Shown: positions 28,388 to 36,659 of the stretch, piece by piece
How the letters are laid out: every line of letters begins with the position of its first letter
Numbering within the stretch: position 1 is the stretch's first letter
DNA from: Enterobacter phage CC31
DNA: 64,000 nucleotides
Strand: one strand, 5' to 3'
Sequence record: NC_014662.1
Notes under the pieces: model-generated
Database searches by the model: none
What the model was told of the DNA's origin: nothing
Seen by the model: only the letters and a program-made list of their open reading frames with translations
Position numbers and translations under genes: made by a program

Positions 28388-28935
28388 TATTCCACCGTAT
28401 AATGAAGCATTTTACGAGATTTCAAGTAATTCGCCTTTGCTAATACTTCAGAGGCGTACTTGTTACCGGCTTTCCACTTGTTTCCTGCGTTGTATGACGC
28501 TATGGCTTTTCTCATATCACCGTTATGACGGTCCAGCCAATAACTTAACTCAATATACGCCCAAGCGGCGGAGTGCTTCCGGTTCTTTGCCATGCGGATG
28601 ATTTCTGCGTCTGTCATTGACCATCCGGCTTGTTTAACTCTTTCCCTGAGTGTAGGAAGATAATTTTGAAATATCCCGTAAGCGTGATGCCCGTGTTTAC
28701 CAGTTGTACGTAAGCCTGCAGAACTTTCCTGCCAGACTAGTGCAGCCATAATGTAACCAAGTCCATTGTTGTCATACCGCTTACTATGGTCTTTATACTT
28801 CCCATTCTTCTGAAATTGTTCACCAAACGAATATGCATATTGCAAATTGTCGAGTTGGACATTACTGAAGGTGTGTTCGGACGCAAATCCTAAAGACGAA
28901 ACTAGGAGTAACGCCGCGCATAGAGCTTTTTTCAT
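28387..28935 (-). CDS. exported lytic-transglycosylase-like (SLT-domain) protein
   Basis: 182 aa; signal peptide MKKALCAALLLVSSLGFA; WQESSAG...AYGIFQ...YNAG motifs typical of family 1 lytic transglycosylases. Confidence 0.5.
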   Translation of the reverse strand: MKKALCAALLLVSSLGFASEHTFSNVQLDNLQYAYSFGEQFQKNGKYKDHSKRYDNNGLGYIMAALVWQESSAGLRTTGKHGHHAYGIFQNYLPTLRERVKQAGWSMTDAEIIRMAKNRKHSAAWAYIELSYWLDRHNGDMRKAIASYNAGNKWKAGNKYASEVLAKANYLKSRKMLHYTVE

Positions 28936-28957
28936 GCTTGCCTCAATTGAAACTAAA

Positions 28958-29422
28958 TTATAACTTGATAATCTTTGTGCTGATTTTACCTTTCAAGCGT
29001 TTATCATTTACGAATGCCATGCGACATTGCATGGAGTGACCGCGGAACGGGTGTTCTGGGTTTGGTAGAGAGACAGTCATTCCAAGCCATAGAGTACCAT
29101 CAGTGATTTCCAAACGCTGAGGCCTGTATTCTACTTCTGGGTCAATTTCCGATGGGTCAATAGGAAGCATCGGCATTTCTAAGAACTCGTGAATTTCTGT
29201 TACGTGATTGTGTACTTTGTGGAACAGAGCGAACACATACTCTTCATCAATCTCCCGTTGGATAGCACGGTCCAAGAGATGATTAGAATATTTAATAAAG
29301 AAAGCTGGGATACCAGCAGATGCGCAAGCACTACGTATAGAATCGTTTACACTCTTGAACTCAGTCTCAAAGCGACGACGTAGCTTGTTTCGGCGGATGA
29401 ATACTTCTGGATTAGTTGTCAT
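28958..29422 (-). CDS. regB: RegB site-specific endoribonuclease
   Basis: MTTNPEVFIRRNKLRRRFETEF...LLDRAIQREIDEEYVF...EYRPQRLEITDGTLWLG...LQCRMAFVN matches T4 RegB; start trimmed from TTG to ATG 29422 with AAAGGAG RBS. Confidence 0.9.
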   Translation of the reverse strand: MTTNPEVFIRRNKLRRRFETEFKSVNDSIRSACASAGIPAFFIKYSNHLLDRAIQREIDEEYVFALFHKVHNHVTEIHEFLEMPMLPIDPSEIDPEVEYRPQRLEITDGTLWLGMTVSLPNPEHPFRGHSMQCRMAFVNDKRLKGKISTKIIKL

Positions 29423-29448
29423 TTTCAATCTCCTTTGTTGATAGGGCT

Positions 29449-29478
29449 ATAGTATCATAGCCCTTGGAGAAAGTAAAC
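29449..29478 (-). promoter_or_regulatory. early promoter (GTTTAC -35, TGATACTAT extended -10 inside inverted repeat) for regB
   Basis: Minus strand GTTTAC-N18-TACTAT; -10 lies within AGGGCTAT/ATAGCCCT dyad; element duplicated at 39109-39138. Confidence 0.5.
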
Positions 29479-29750
29479 TAGTAGTTTTGGTCGTCATAGA
29501 ACACTTGAAGCAGAACGTTGTTACGTAACCGCTTTGTGTCAGCTAAACGTTGTCTAAGCTTGGAGATTTTGTCCTGTACCCGGTTAAACTCTTCTGAGGT
29601 TGACGGGTCATGAATCTTCATAGCCTCATCCACAAGCTGCTCCATCTTTTCTTCCATAGCATTAATAGCTTCAGAGAAAGATTCGGAGACTTTGTTGCGG
29701 ATAGACATTAGTACTTTTCTTCTGGTTGAAACACTGAACGGCATGCCCAC
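29478..29750 (-). CDS. hypothetical protein
   Basis: 90 aa helical ORF. Confidence 0.4.
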   Translation of the reverse strand: MGMPFSVSTRRKVLMSIRNKVSESFSEAINAMEEKMEQLVDEAMKIHDPSTSEEFNRVQDKISKLRQRLADTKRLRNNVLLQVFYDDQNY

Positions 29751-29989
29751 ATAGATGCTTCTTTAAGGTGCTGAATAGCATTACGAATTTGAGTGATACG
29801 CTCATGAGCCAAATCAAACTCTTCGTCACTAATTTTATCAACATCTAAATCCATGTATACTTTTACATGTTCTTCTTCAAGAGCTTTAAAAATCAGGCCA
29901 AGACGAAGTTCAGCATCTTTAATAGCATTCACTTTACCGATTTTATCTTCAGTATGTGGTTTATAGCCTTTGATATCTTCAATTGACAT
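29708..29989 (-). CDS. hypothetical protein
   Basis: 93 aa ORF. Confidence 0.4.
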   Translation of the reverse strand: MSIEDIKGYKPHTEDKIGKVNAIKDAELRLGLIFKALEEEHVKVYMDLDVDKISDEEFDLAHERITQIRNAIQHLKEASMWACRSVFQPEEKY

Positions 29990-30351
29990 TACATTTCCTT
30001 GGTGAAAGTACGTGCAATAACGTCACGCTGCTGTTCTGACGTCAGAGAATTAAATCGGACAGCATAACCAGAAACACGAATAGTCAGCTGAGGATATTTT
30101 TCTGGATGTTGAACTGCATCTTCTAAAGTTTCTTTAGTCAGAACATTCACGTTCAGATGTTGGCCACCTTCAACTTTAACTACAGGTTGACTTTCAATTC
30201 CAACTTCTCGAGATTCAAGTCCAAAGAAAGTTTCTACATCAACAATAGAATCTTCTGCCAAAGTTTTAGATACAATCACACGGGCTTTATCACCATCTTC
30301 AAGATAAATTGTGCCTTTATGAGTGCCATTCAAAATTTGATATGCGTTCAT
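29989..30351 (-). CDS. grcA: autonomous glycyl radical cofactor (GrcA/YfiD-like)
   Basis: 120 aa; [57 protein letters not shown] contains the RVSGY glycyl-radical signature and closely resembles enterobacterial GrcA as recalled; ATG with AAGGAA RBS. Confidence 0.85.
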   Translation of the reverse strand: MNAYQILNGTHKGTIYLEDGDKARVIVSKTLAEDSIVDVETFFGLESREVGIESQPVVKVEGGQHLNVNVLTKETLEDAVQHPEKYPQLTIRVSGYAVRFNSLTSEQQRDVIARTFTKEM

Positions 30352-30360
30352 AGTAGTTCC

Positions 30361-30597
30361 TTATGGGTATTGAATTTCTTCGTCAGTCTCTTTATCATAC
30401 TCACGAATTTTGATTGGTTCATTAATTCCGTAACCACTTATAAGAAGTCCAGTTTTAGCATCTTCCCACTGTTTAGTTTCTTCATTCCACACACCATTAG
30501 CGTGTGCTTCCATTAAATCTTGTTCGCCTTGGTTTGAAAACCAGTCGCAGAAAGATTTAACCAAGTGGTCGGGGACGTCGATAATAATTTGCGCCAT
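30361..30597 (-). CDS. hypothetical protein
   Basis: 78 aa acidic ORF. Confidence 0.35.
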   Translation of the reverse strand: MAQIIIDVPDHLVKSFCDWFSNQGEQDLMEAHANGVWNEETKQWEDAKTGLLISGYGINEPIKIREYDKETDEEIQYP

Positions 30598-30890
30598 GTT
30601 GGCTCCAGAGAAATGACCCTGCGGTCGTAAGTAATTAAGCTTGAAGTTTTGATGCCTTTACATGGGCCAGAGATAAACTCTACTTCAAACCATGGATGCT
30701 CATTCATCAGACCTACATCCGGTGAAGTGCAGAGAAATAATGAACCTTTAAAAGGCCCATCTAAAAATCTATACAGCTTAGGTTCAAGAACTGCACCATC
30801 TGAAAACTTAATATGCAAAATATTAATCAAAGATTCTATATCACATTTTCCGGTAGAGCGCAAGAACCTGATATATTCACTTGTAGTCAT
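30513..30890 (-). CDS. hypothetical protein
   Basis: Track ORF 30513..30932 trimmed to ATG about 30890 (MTTSEYIRFL) because a hairpin occupies 30895-30915. Confidence 0.35.
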   Translation of the reverse strand: MTTSEYIRFLRSTGKCDIESLINILHIKFSDGAVLEPKLYRFLDGPFKGSLFLCTSPDVGLMNEHPWFEVEFISGPCKGIKTSSLITYDRRVISLEPTWRKLLSTSPTTWLNLSATGFQTKANKI

Positions 30891-30928
30891 TCCAAGAGCC
30901 CGAAGGCCCTTATTAAAATTTTCTTTCA

Positions 30929-31528
30929 TCATTGCATTCCTATCACAAAGAATAATGGCATCATCTCTTCACCGCTAATGTGTGATTGATGAACACATGC
31001 ATAAAAAGGACCTTTGAAATGAGCTTCGTAGAACTTTTCCATTTCAGGGAGTTTCATTGGTTCTTCTATAATATACAAGATTCTGTTAAGCGTTCGGCCA
31101 CGGGCTTTTGAACCACCATTACTCAAGAAACTTCGCACAGTGTCCATGATAATCATGCGTTTAGCTTCATCTGGATTTGCTTGATGAATGAGTTCTTTCT
31201 CATAACAAGCTCGTATTCTTCTTGCTGTTTCTTCGGAGTTTCGTTGATGGGTGCTAATAATCCAGACAGTTCCACCGTCATGTAACCAGTCCGCTGCAAA
31301 TTCAGCAATAGCTTTAGTTTTACCTGACTGACGCCCGCCGTCGATTTTTAGCGTAGCATATTCGCGTAGAATATCTATAGGAGTGTAATGACTTTCTTTG
31401 AGGATTTCTATACAATCATCTGCGCGGATTTTAAATGCGTGCATCAGGGATAGATATGGAGCAAATAGAGATTTCGTTTTCATAAAGTTACCGTTAGTGA
31501 GGGCCTTCCATGGCTCAAGGATTTCCAT
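30929..31528 (-). CDS. hypothetical P-loop protein
   Basis: 199 aa; GGRQSGKT Walker A-like motif; no clear RBS. Confidence 0.4.
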   Translation of the reverse strand: MEILEPWKALTNGNFMKTKSLFAPYLSLMHAFKIRADDCIEILKESHYTPIDILREYATLKIDGGRQSGKTKAIAEFAADWLHDGGTVWIISTHQRNSEETARRIRACYEKELIHQANPDEAKRMIIMDTVRSFLSNGGSKARGRTLNRILYIIEEPMKLPEMEKFYEAHFKGPFYACVHQSHISGEEMMPLFFVIGMQ

Positions 31529-31670
31529 CAGCTAGCGGGAGTGCTAGGACCCTGATTGTAACTGGCTTTACCGCACTTGGGCTCGACCTTTTTACAGGTA
31601 CCAGAAGCTACTTCACTCAGAGGACACGACGTTCATGAGGAGAGGTCCAGGTTGGCTTTTTGATTGAAGA

Positions 31671-31967
31671 TTAACTAAACGGGTCGTGGAGCTTATTACC
31701 GACACGACGGAACACTTTAGCTGCAAATTTATTGGAAGGGTTATCAACCATGACTTTGCGCATGTGACCGGTCGCAACTGTTCGAGCAGCCTTATAACCA
31801 GCAATATTATCTTTCAAAGTAATTCGACCTTTTCCTTTAGGGTCATCAATGGTCACTTTGTAAGTTCCCATATCTTCGCCAGGCTTAATTTCTTCAATCC
31901 AGATATAACCACCTGGGACTCGCTTTTGTTCAGCGGCTTCAGTAATAAATTCGTTGTAGGTTTTCAT
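31671..31967 (-). CDS. internal head protein (IP) with capsid-targeting N-terminus
   Basis: 98 aa; N-terminus MKTYNEFITEA matches the T4 IP capsid-targeting sequence; flanks denV as ipII/ipIII do in T4. Confidence 0.7.
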   Translation of the reverse strand: MKTYNEFITEAAEQKRVPGGYIWIEEIKPGEDMGTYKVTIDDPKGKGRITLKDNIAGYKAARTVATGHMRKVMVDNPSNKFAAKVFRRVGNKLHDPFS

Positions 31968-31975
31968 TTTAATCC

Positions 31976-32392
31976 TTAGTTGTAAATAGCCTTACCATAA
32001 TGTTTATACCACTTAGGCCGTTGAGCAATTTTTTCGTCCAGACGTGCTTGAGAAATTTTAAGAGCGTCAGAAGTTGGAATGTAATCATTACGCCACTCGA
32101 CCGGAATATCACTAATGTCCTGGGCAGTTGTGTCCTGGATTTTAAAACCTCGTTTTAAACATTCAGCAATAATGTTGATTTGGCGTTTATGCAAGAACTC
32201 AAGTTTATCATAAAAGAAAGTAACATGACCTGTACCTAAAATGAAAACCGAAGAGATTTTAAAATCCTTAAGCTTTTTACCATTTTGAACATGCTTACGA
32301 ACGGCACCAAAAACACGTGGCAATTCACGATACTCAGCCATAAGATGTTGGTCGGCCAGTTCAGATACTAAAGTTAAGTTAATGCGTGTCAT
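31976..32392 (-). CDS. denV: DenV endonuclease V (pyrimidine dimer DNA glycosylase)
   Basis: 138 aa; [34 protein letters not shown]...[10 protein letters not shown] nearly matches T4 endo V. Confidence 0.95.
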   Translation of the reverse strand: MTRINLTLVSELADQHLMAEYRELPRVFGAVRKHVQNGKKLKDFKISSVFILGTGHVTFFYDKLEFLHKRQINIIAECLKRGFKIQDTTAQDISDIPVEWRNDYIPTSDALKISQARLDEKIAQRPKWYKHYGKAIYN

Positions 32393-32418
32393 TTTTAATC
32401 TCCGTTTGTTTGGTATGA

Positions 32419-32452
32419 GAGTATCATAACATGGACAAACGGAGATGTAAAC
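32419..32452 (-). promoter_or_regulatory. early promoter for denV
   Basis: Minus strand GTTTAC then GATACT-type -10 within GGTATGAG dyad, upstream of denV ATG 32392. Confidence 0.45.
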
Positions 32453-32742
32453 TACTTTCTAGTCAAAGATTTGATTTTTCCTACAAGTTTATCTTTCTTA
32501 ATGCCTTTATGATAGTCTTTACCTACCATCATGAAATAAGTTCCAGTAGTAGGGTCAAAGTTAACAGACACACGAGTACCATTAACATCGATATCACGTT
32601 GATTTATAACACGACTTACTTTACCGAATTCAGCGGCTAGAATAGTTTCAATTTCTTCTGCGCCTTTAGTAGCGGCCGCATAAAGTTCTTTGCCAGACAT
32701 TTCACGTTTAGCTTCAAACATAAATTCATTATAGGTTTTCAT
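32452..32742 (-). CDS. internal head protein (IP) with capsid-targeting N-terminus
   Basis: Track ORF trimmed to [11 protein letters not shown] start at 32742. Confidence 0.65.
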   Translation of the reverse strand: MKTYNEFMFEAKREMSGKELYAAATKGAEEIETILAAEFGKVSRVINQRDIDVNGTRVSVNFDPTTGTYFMMVGKDYHKGIKKDKLVGKIKSLTRK

Positions 32743-33223
32743 ATGCTTTCCAAGTACCTGTTTTAAATGTTGCAATCACGCGTTTAGCACGATTTGGTGT
32801 CTGACGATACCACTTGGAATTAGCAAGCTCTTTTGCAGCTGCTTCCCATTGTTTTGATTTAAGCAGACGCATTGACGCTGGGAAACTAGCTACACCTGCT
32901 ACACCCATCTGAAACACCATATTAATAAGTGCAGCACGACGAACTCCATCAAGTACATCATATACTGGTTTTAATACAGCATTTCCGAGAATCCCTCGAG
33001 TTGCTTTATCGACGTCTTTCGCAAAAATAGCTTCTGCTTCAGCTTTTGTGATTTGACCATTACATGGGCGTCCCACAAGCTTATCAAGTTCTCGTTTAGC
33101 AACATCAAGAGAAGGGTCACGTGTCAAAAGGTGACCGATACCGATTGTCCAAAAACCTTCGGTATCTTTATAGATTTTAGAATCGTATCCTTCATCGATA
33201 CGAAGCATGCCAAAAATGTCCAT
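32729..33223 (-). CDS. e: lysozyme e (endolysin, T4 lysozyme family)
   Basis: 164 aa; [12 protein letters not shown]...[15 protein letters not shown]...[15 protein letters not shown] strongly matches T4 lysozyme including catalytic E11/D20 context; AGGAGG RBS. Confidence 0.95.
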   Translation of the reverse strand: MDIFGMLRIDEGYDSKIYKDTEGFWTIGIGHLLTRDPSLDVAKRELDKLVGRPCNGQITKAEAEAIFAKDVDKATRGILGNAVLKPVYDVLDGVRRAALINMVFQMGVAGVASFPASMRLLKSKQWEAAAKELANSKWYRQTPNRAKRVIATFKTGTWKAYENL

Positions 33224-33256
33224 GAGGACCTCCTATCAGTTGATAGGAGTATTTAT

Positions 33257-33736
33257 TTAGCATTCCCAAAGAGCATCTTGAATGACCTTTGGATAAAGTT
33301 TCTGCATAACTGAGAAAAGACTTGGACCCATTACTACATTCCACATGCGCGGATGAATCAAAGCAAAAGCATCAATCTCCGGGAATTCATTTCCGTCTTC
33401 ATCTGTATGATATGCCGTGCAAATACAATCTCTGAATTGAGAGTGTTCCACTGGATGCATGTATTGGAAAAGATGTATATCTTTATTGCTAGCATAATCA
33501 TGACGACCTAGGTCAACCAGTAAACTCTGGTCGTAATCGACAAAGCCGGTTTCTTCACGGCATTCGCGAATAGCAGCTTCAATAGGTGTTTCACCTTCTT
33601 CAATATGGCCCTTTGGAATATCCCAGCGTGATGGCCCACCGCCTAATCCAGAATTAGTCACTCTTCCCATGAATAGTTCGTAGTCTTCGGTAAAGAAGAT
33701 AATTCCTGCAGATACTTCTTTAATTTTCTTACTCAA
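33257..33736 (-). CDS. nudE: NudE Nudix hydrolase
   Basis: Nudix box GHIEEGETPIEAAIRECREETG; position after e as in T4; start codon uncertain (TTG in track). Confidence 0.8.
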   Translation of the reverse strand: MSKKIKEVSAGIIFFTEDYELFMGRVTNSGLGGGPSRWDIPKGHIEEGETPIEAAIRECREETGFVDYDQSLLVDLGRHDYASNKDIHLFQYMHPVEHSQFRDCICTAYHTDEDGNEFPEIDAFALIHPRMWNVVMGPSLFSVMQKLYPKVIQDALWEC

Positions 33737-33963
33737 ATTTCACCCCAACTAATTTCACGAAGTCTTTGCATAATTGACTCAACTTCTTCAATCATATCTT
33801 CGTCAGAATCAAACGAACCTTCAACCATCCAATCAGAAATTGGAGTGAACATTTCCAGGCCCGTGGACAGACGATTACGAATATCATCAACTGATTCATT
33901 GTCGTTGAAGGAGTACAGGTAAGAATCAGCCGATTCAGATTTAACAAATACCGCAATACTCAT
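33733..33963 (-). CDS. hypothetical acidic protein
   Basis: 76 aa ORF. Confidence 0.35.
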   Translation of the reverse strand: MSIAVFVKSESADSYLYSFNDNESVDDIRNRLSTGLEMFTPISDWMVEGSFDSDEDMIEEVESIMQRLREISWGEI

Positions 33964-34271
33964 ACCTTTTCCTCTAAGAAGTCAGACAGTTTAAAATCTT
34001 TACGGTCCATCAGACCATAGTGAATGTTCTTCAGCGTATCGTACATGTCCCAGTACTTTTCTTTTAGCATATTACCAAATGGTGGAATGTAAAGCTTATC
34101 CCATTTGGCAGCTAACTCACCGTTGCGCAGTTCTCCTGGAACATTTTCAACGATACGTAAAACTTTAGTTGCAACCTCATAATCGGATGGCGGAATCCAT
34201 CCCCAATTATGATGTACTGAACCGTTAATTTCGCCATTCAGCGAAGTAAAAATTGTAGCTGGACAACTCAT
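33960..34271 (-). CDS. hypothetical protein
   Basis: 103 aa ORF. Confidence 0.4.
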   Translation of the reverse strand: MSCPATIFTSLNGEINGSVHHNWGWIPPSDYEVATKVLRIVENVPGELRNGELAAKWDKLYIPPFGNMLKEKYWDMYDTLKNIHYGLMDRKDFKLSDFLEEKV

Positions 34272-34630
34272 CGTGTACCTCTAATACCTTGAATAAAGTT
34301 TAAAGCATCTTCACCTGAAGGAACTTCTTTAGACTTAGATTTTCGTTTAAAGAGTTTCCACTCTTTCTTTTGGTCGAAGGTTCCACGTTGAACCTGCCCA
34401 AGATAAAATAACCACTTTCCAATCCAGTAGAATGGAGTTAAAATGCCAGCCATCCAGCCAACAAAAAGTAATTGTTCTCCATAAAGAGGACTAAAGAAGT
34501 ACAATCCCCAATATAATCCAAACCCATTAAGCATTGTGAACATAAAGCAAATAATAATAGTGCCAATAGTCCATCCGAAATTATCATATGAACCAGCATC
34601 TTTGAATCCGCGAAATAATGTTTTAATCAT
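34268..34630 (-). CDS. small 2-TM membrane protein, paralog D of tandem array
   Basis: 120 aa; two hydrophobic helices; C-terminal LNFIQGIRGTR. Confidence 0.45.
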   Translation of the reverse strand: MIKTLFRGFKDAGSYDNFGWTIGTIIICFMFTMLNGFGLYWGLYFFSPLYGEQLLFVGWMAGILTPFYWIGKWLFYLGQVQRGTFDQKKEWKLFKRKSKSKEVPSGEDALNFIQGIRGTR

Positions 34631-34965
34631 CGTTTAATCCTGCATCTGGAGATAAAGTTCTCTAAATTTTGTTTGTCGTCGTAAATGGCCTTGGCTTTAG
34701 TAAACAGTTTAACATGAATTTTACAATAGCACCATTTGATAAAAGAAGCTAAAACTATTACCACGAATAATGAGCATAAAGCACTTAGTGGTACAGTGAT
34801 AATCATTTCAGCTACAAAACCGTTGAACCACCAAACTGCGAAATTTGATAAGAAAACAGTAAGTATAATAATTGTCCAACAAACGTTGTCCTCATATTTC
34901 GACTTGAATCTGTCAGCAATTTCTCGTTCAAAATGTCTGATATTCATTTTAGGATTGTATTTCAT
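34627..34965 (-). CDS. small 2-TM membrane protein, paralog C
   Basis: 112 aa; C-terminal ENFISRCRIKR. Confidence 0.45.
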   Translation of the reverse strand: MKYNPKMNIRHFEREIADRFKSKYEDNVCWTIIILTVFLSNFAVWWFNGFVAEMIITVPLSALCSLFVVIVLASFIKWCYCKIHVKLFTKAKAIYDDKQNLENFISRCRIKR

Positions 34966-35302
34966 TTTTACCTCGGCATTCCGTAATGAATTCTTCTGAT
35001 TCTCTGATTATTCTATTATGAAGAACTTTAGCATTCTGTTCAGCTAAGCGTTTATTTTCTGGTCGCATCACCCACCAAATAGCAATTTCTTGTGATTTTC
35101 CGTGAGACCAAAGTAGAACTGGAATAGAAAGAAACATTGATACTACAACCCAAATTGGAGCATATACTCCGTCATTAAGTATTAAAGCAGGAACAAAAAT
35201 TAAAAGCACCGCCACTGAACTAAAAGCCAAAAATATTATCATATGTAAAAATTCTGCTTTTGCTGCAAGCTCTCTTAATTCACTTTTTGGTTGATACCCC
35301 AT
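34949..35302 (-). CDS. small 2-TM membrane protein, paralog B
   Basis: 117 aa; C-terminal EEFITECRGK. Confidence 0.45.
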   Translation of the reverse strand: MGYQPKSELRELAAKAEFLHMIIFLAFSSVAVLLIFVPALILNDGVYAPIWVVVSMFLSIPVLLWSHGKSQEIAIWWVMRPENKRLAEQNAKVLHNRIIRESEEFITECRGKNEIQS

Positions 35303-35304
35303 GA

Positions 35305-35679
35305 TTATTTCCTCGCTTTACGACAGTCGTTAATGAAGCATTCAAACCGTTCAGCTTTGCTGAGCTTTGATATTATTCTATTTCTTCGCATGCCAATTAA
35401 AATTTGTGCAATAAAATTAACAAATTCACCAATCAGCATAACAATGATACCAAACATTCCCCAACCAAAGCATGTGAATGCAGCCATTGCTCCAGCAGAG
35501 TCAGCTCTTTCTTCTTTTGGAAGATTTGTGATATCAGACCAACCCCAAAATACAATAATTCCGTATAGTGTCAATGCAACGCACCAGCAGAGCTTTTCAT
35601 TTCTGGTCAAAATATATCTGACTTTGGTTGAAAGAGAATCCGTTTTAGCAATTTTAGCTTTAAGTTCAGTTGAATTCAT
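35305..35679 (-). CDS. small 2-TM membrane protein, paralog A
   Basis: 124 aa; C-terminal ERFECFINDCRKARK. Confidence 0.45.
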   Translation of the reverse strand: MNSTELKAKIAKTDSLSTKVRYILTRNEKLCWCVALTLYGIIVFWGWSDITNLPKEERADSAGAMAAFTCFGWGMFGIIVMLIGEFVNFIAQILIGMRRNRIISKLSKAERFECFINDCRKARK

Positions 35680-35712
35680 TTTATTTTCCTCATAGGGCCC
35701 GAAGGCCCTTTA

Positions 35713-36630
35713 TCATTTGAACGGACGAATCATATCAAAGTTTTGTTTAAAGCGTTTGACATAATCTGTCTTTCCAAGTTTCTTATGCATTGCAACTATC
35801 TTATGGTAGTTTTCCCATGCATATTCACGAAACCAGCCAGATGTAATGCTAGTACAAACTTTTTCCAAAGCGTACATAAATGAACCCGTAGGGTCTGGGT
35901 TGAAATTATTTGGAATTTGATGGCGTTCTAAAGCAAGTACACAAGTTTCTTCATATACACCTGCAAGCTTAAGTTCTTCAGGAAGAGAATCGAACTTCTC
36001 TTTTGAAGTCATTACTTCAGAGCCATCTTTCATGTAGAAAGTATAAGCAGGACGACCAGCTAAAGCCACTGCTTCATGAATTGAATCGTGGTCATAGATG
36101 TAAAAATCATCTTTAAAGAAAGAATCTTTATCTACATCCAGATTAGGATGAGAATATGCTAATGTTTCTTTCTGGCGCAGTTCAGAAATCTTTTTCAGTT
36201 TACTGTCTAAAACAATTCCTTTATTACGCAAGAAACGAATATGATGCATAGTCTTTTGAAAGAAACGAGTGTTCTTCTTGAAACGATGAGACATCTTAAT
36301 TGCTAAGCACATCTCAGGAGTTGCCCAATACATCTGTGAAAGCGCATCATAGCACCCATTAAATACTGCGTAGTGAGCAAGCAGTTCAGATGAACTCTCG
36401 TCGTTATATTCAAAAATGTATGCTTCAAAATAGGTCTCACGACCATTATGCATGCATTTAAAGGCTTGTACATTAGGAGATTGAACTTCGACCTCTGTAC
36501 CATTCATACGGTTTTTGAAATGGAGCCATTCGCCCGGAGACGCGATGAAGTCCCAATCAGAATTCTTAACATCACTGTACTCAATGAGTCCATGGTGATG
36601 TAGAGCTCTAGAACCAATAACCAGCAACAT
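35713..36630 (-). CDS. hypothetical protein, 305 aa
   Basis: ATG with AAAGAGGAAAA RBS and early promoter at about 36660-36688; N-terminus LLVIGSRALHHHG...SDWDF faintly NTase-like but not assignable. Confidence 0.45.
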   Translation of the reverse strand: MLLVIGSRALHHHGLIEYSDVKNSDWDFIASPGEWLHFKNRMNGTEVEVQSPNVQAFKCMHNGRETYFEAYIFEYNDESSSELLAHYAVFNGCYDALSQMYWATPEMCLAIKMSHRFKKNTRFFQKTMHHIRFLRNKGIVLDSKLKKISELRQKETLAYSHPNLDVDKDSFFKDDFYIYDHDSIHEAVALAGRPAYTFYMKDGSEVMTSKEKFDSLPEELKLAGVYEETCVLALERHQIPNNFNPDPTGSFMYALEKVCTSITSGWFREYAWENYHKIVAMHKKLGKTDYVKRFKQNFDMIRPFK

Positions 36631-36659
36631 AATATTTTCCTCTTTAGAATGTAGAACTA

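Noticed and set aside
31613-31804. 63-aa minus-strand ORF overlapping the internal-protein gene and the GC-rich spacer
   Set aside because: Out of frame with the MKTYNEF internal-protein gene and lacks an RBS; likely spurious.
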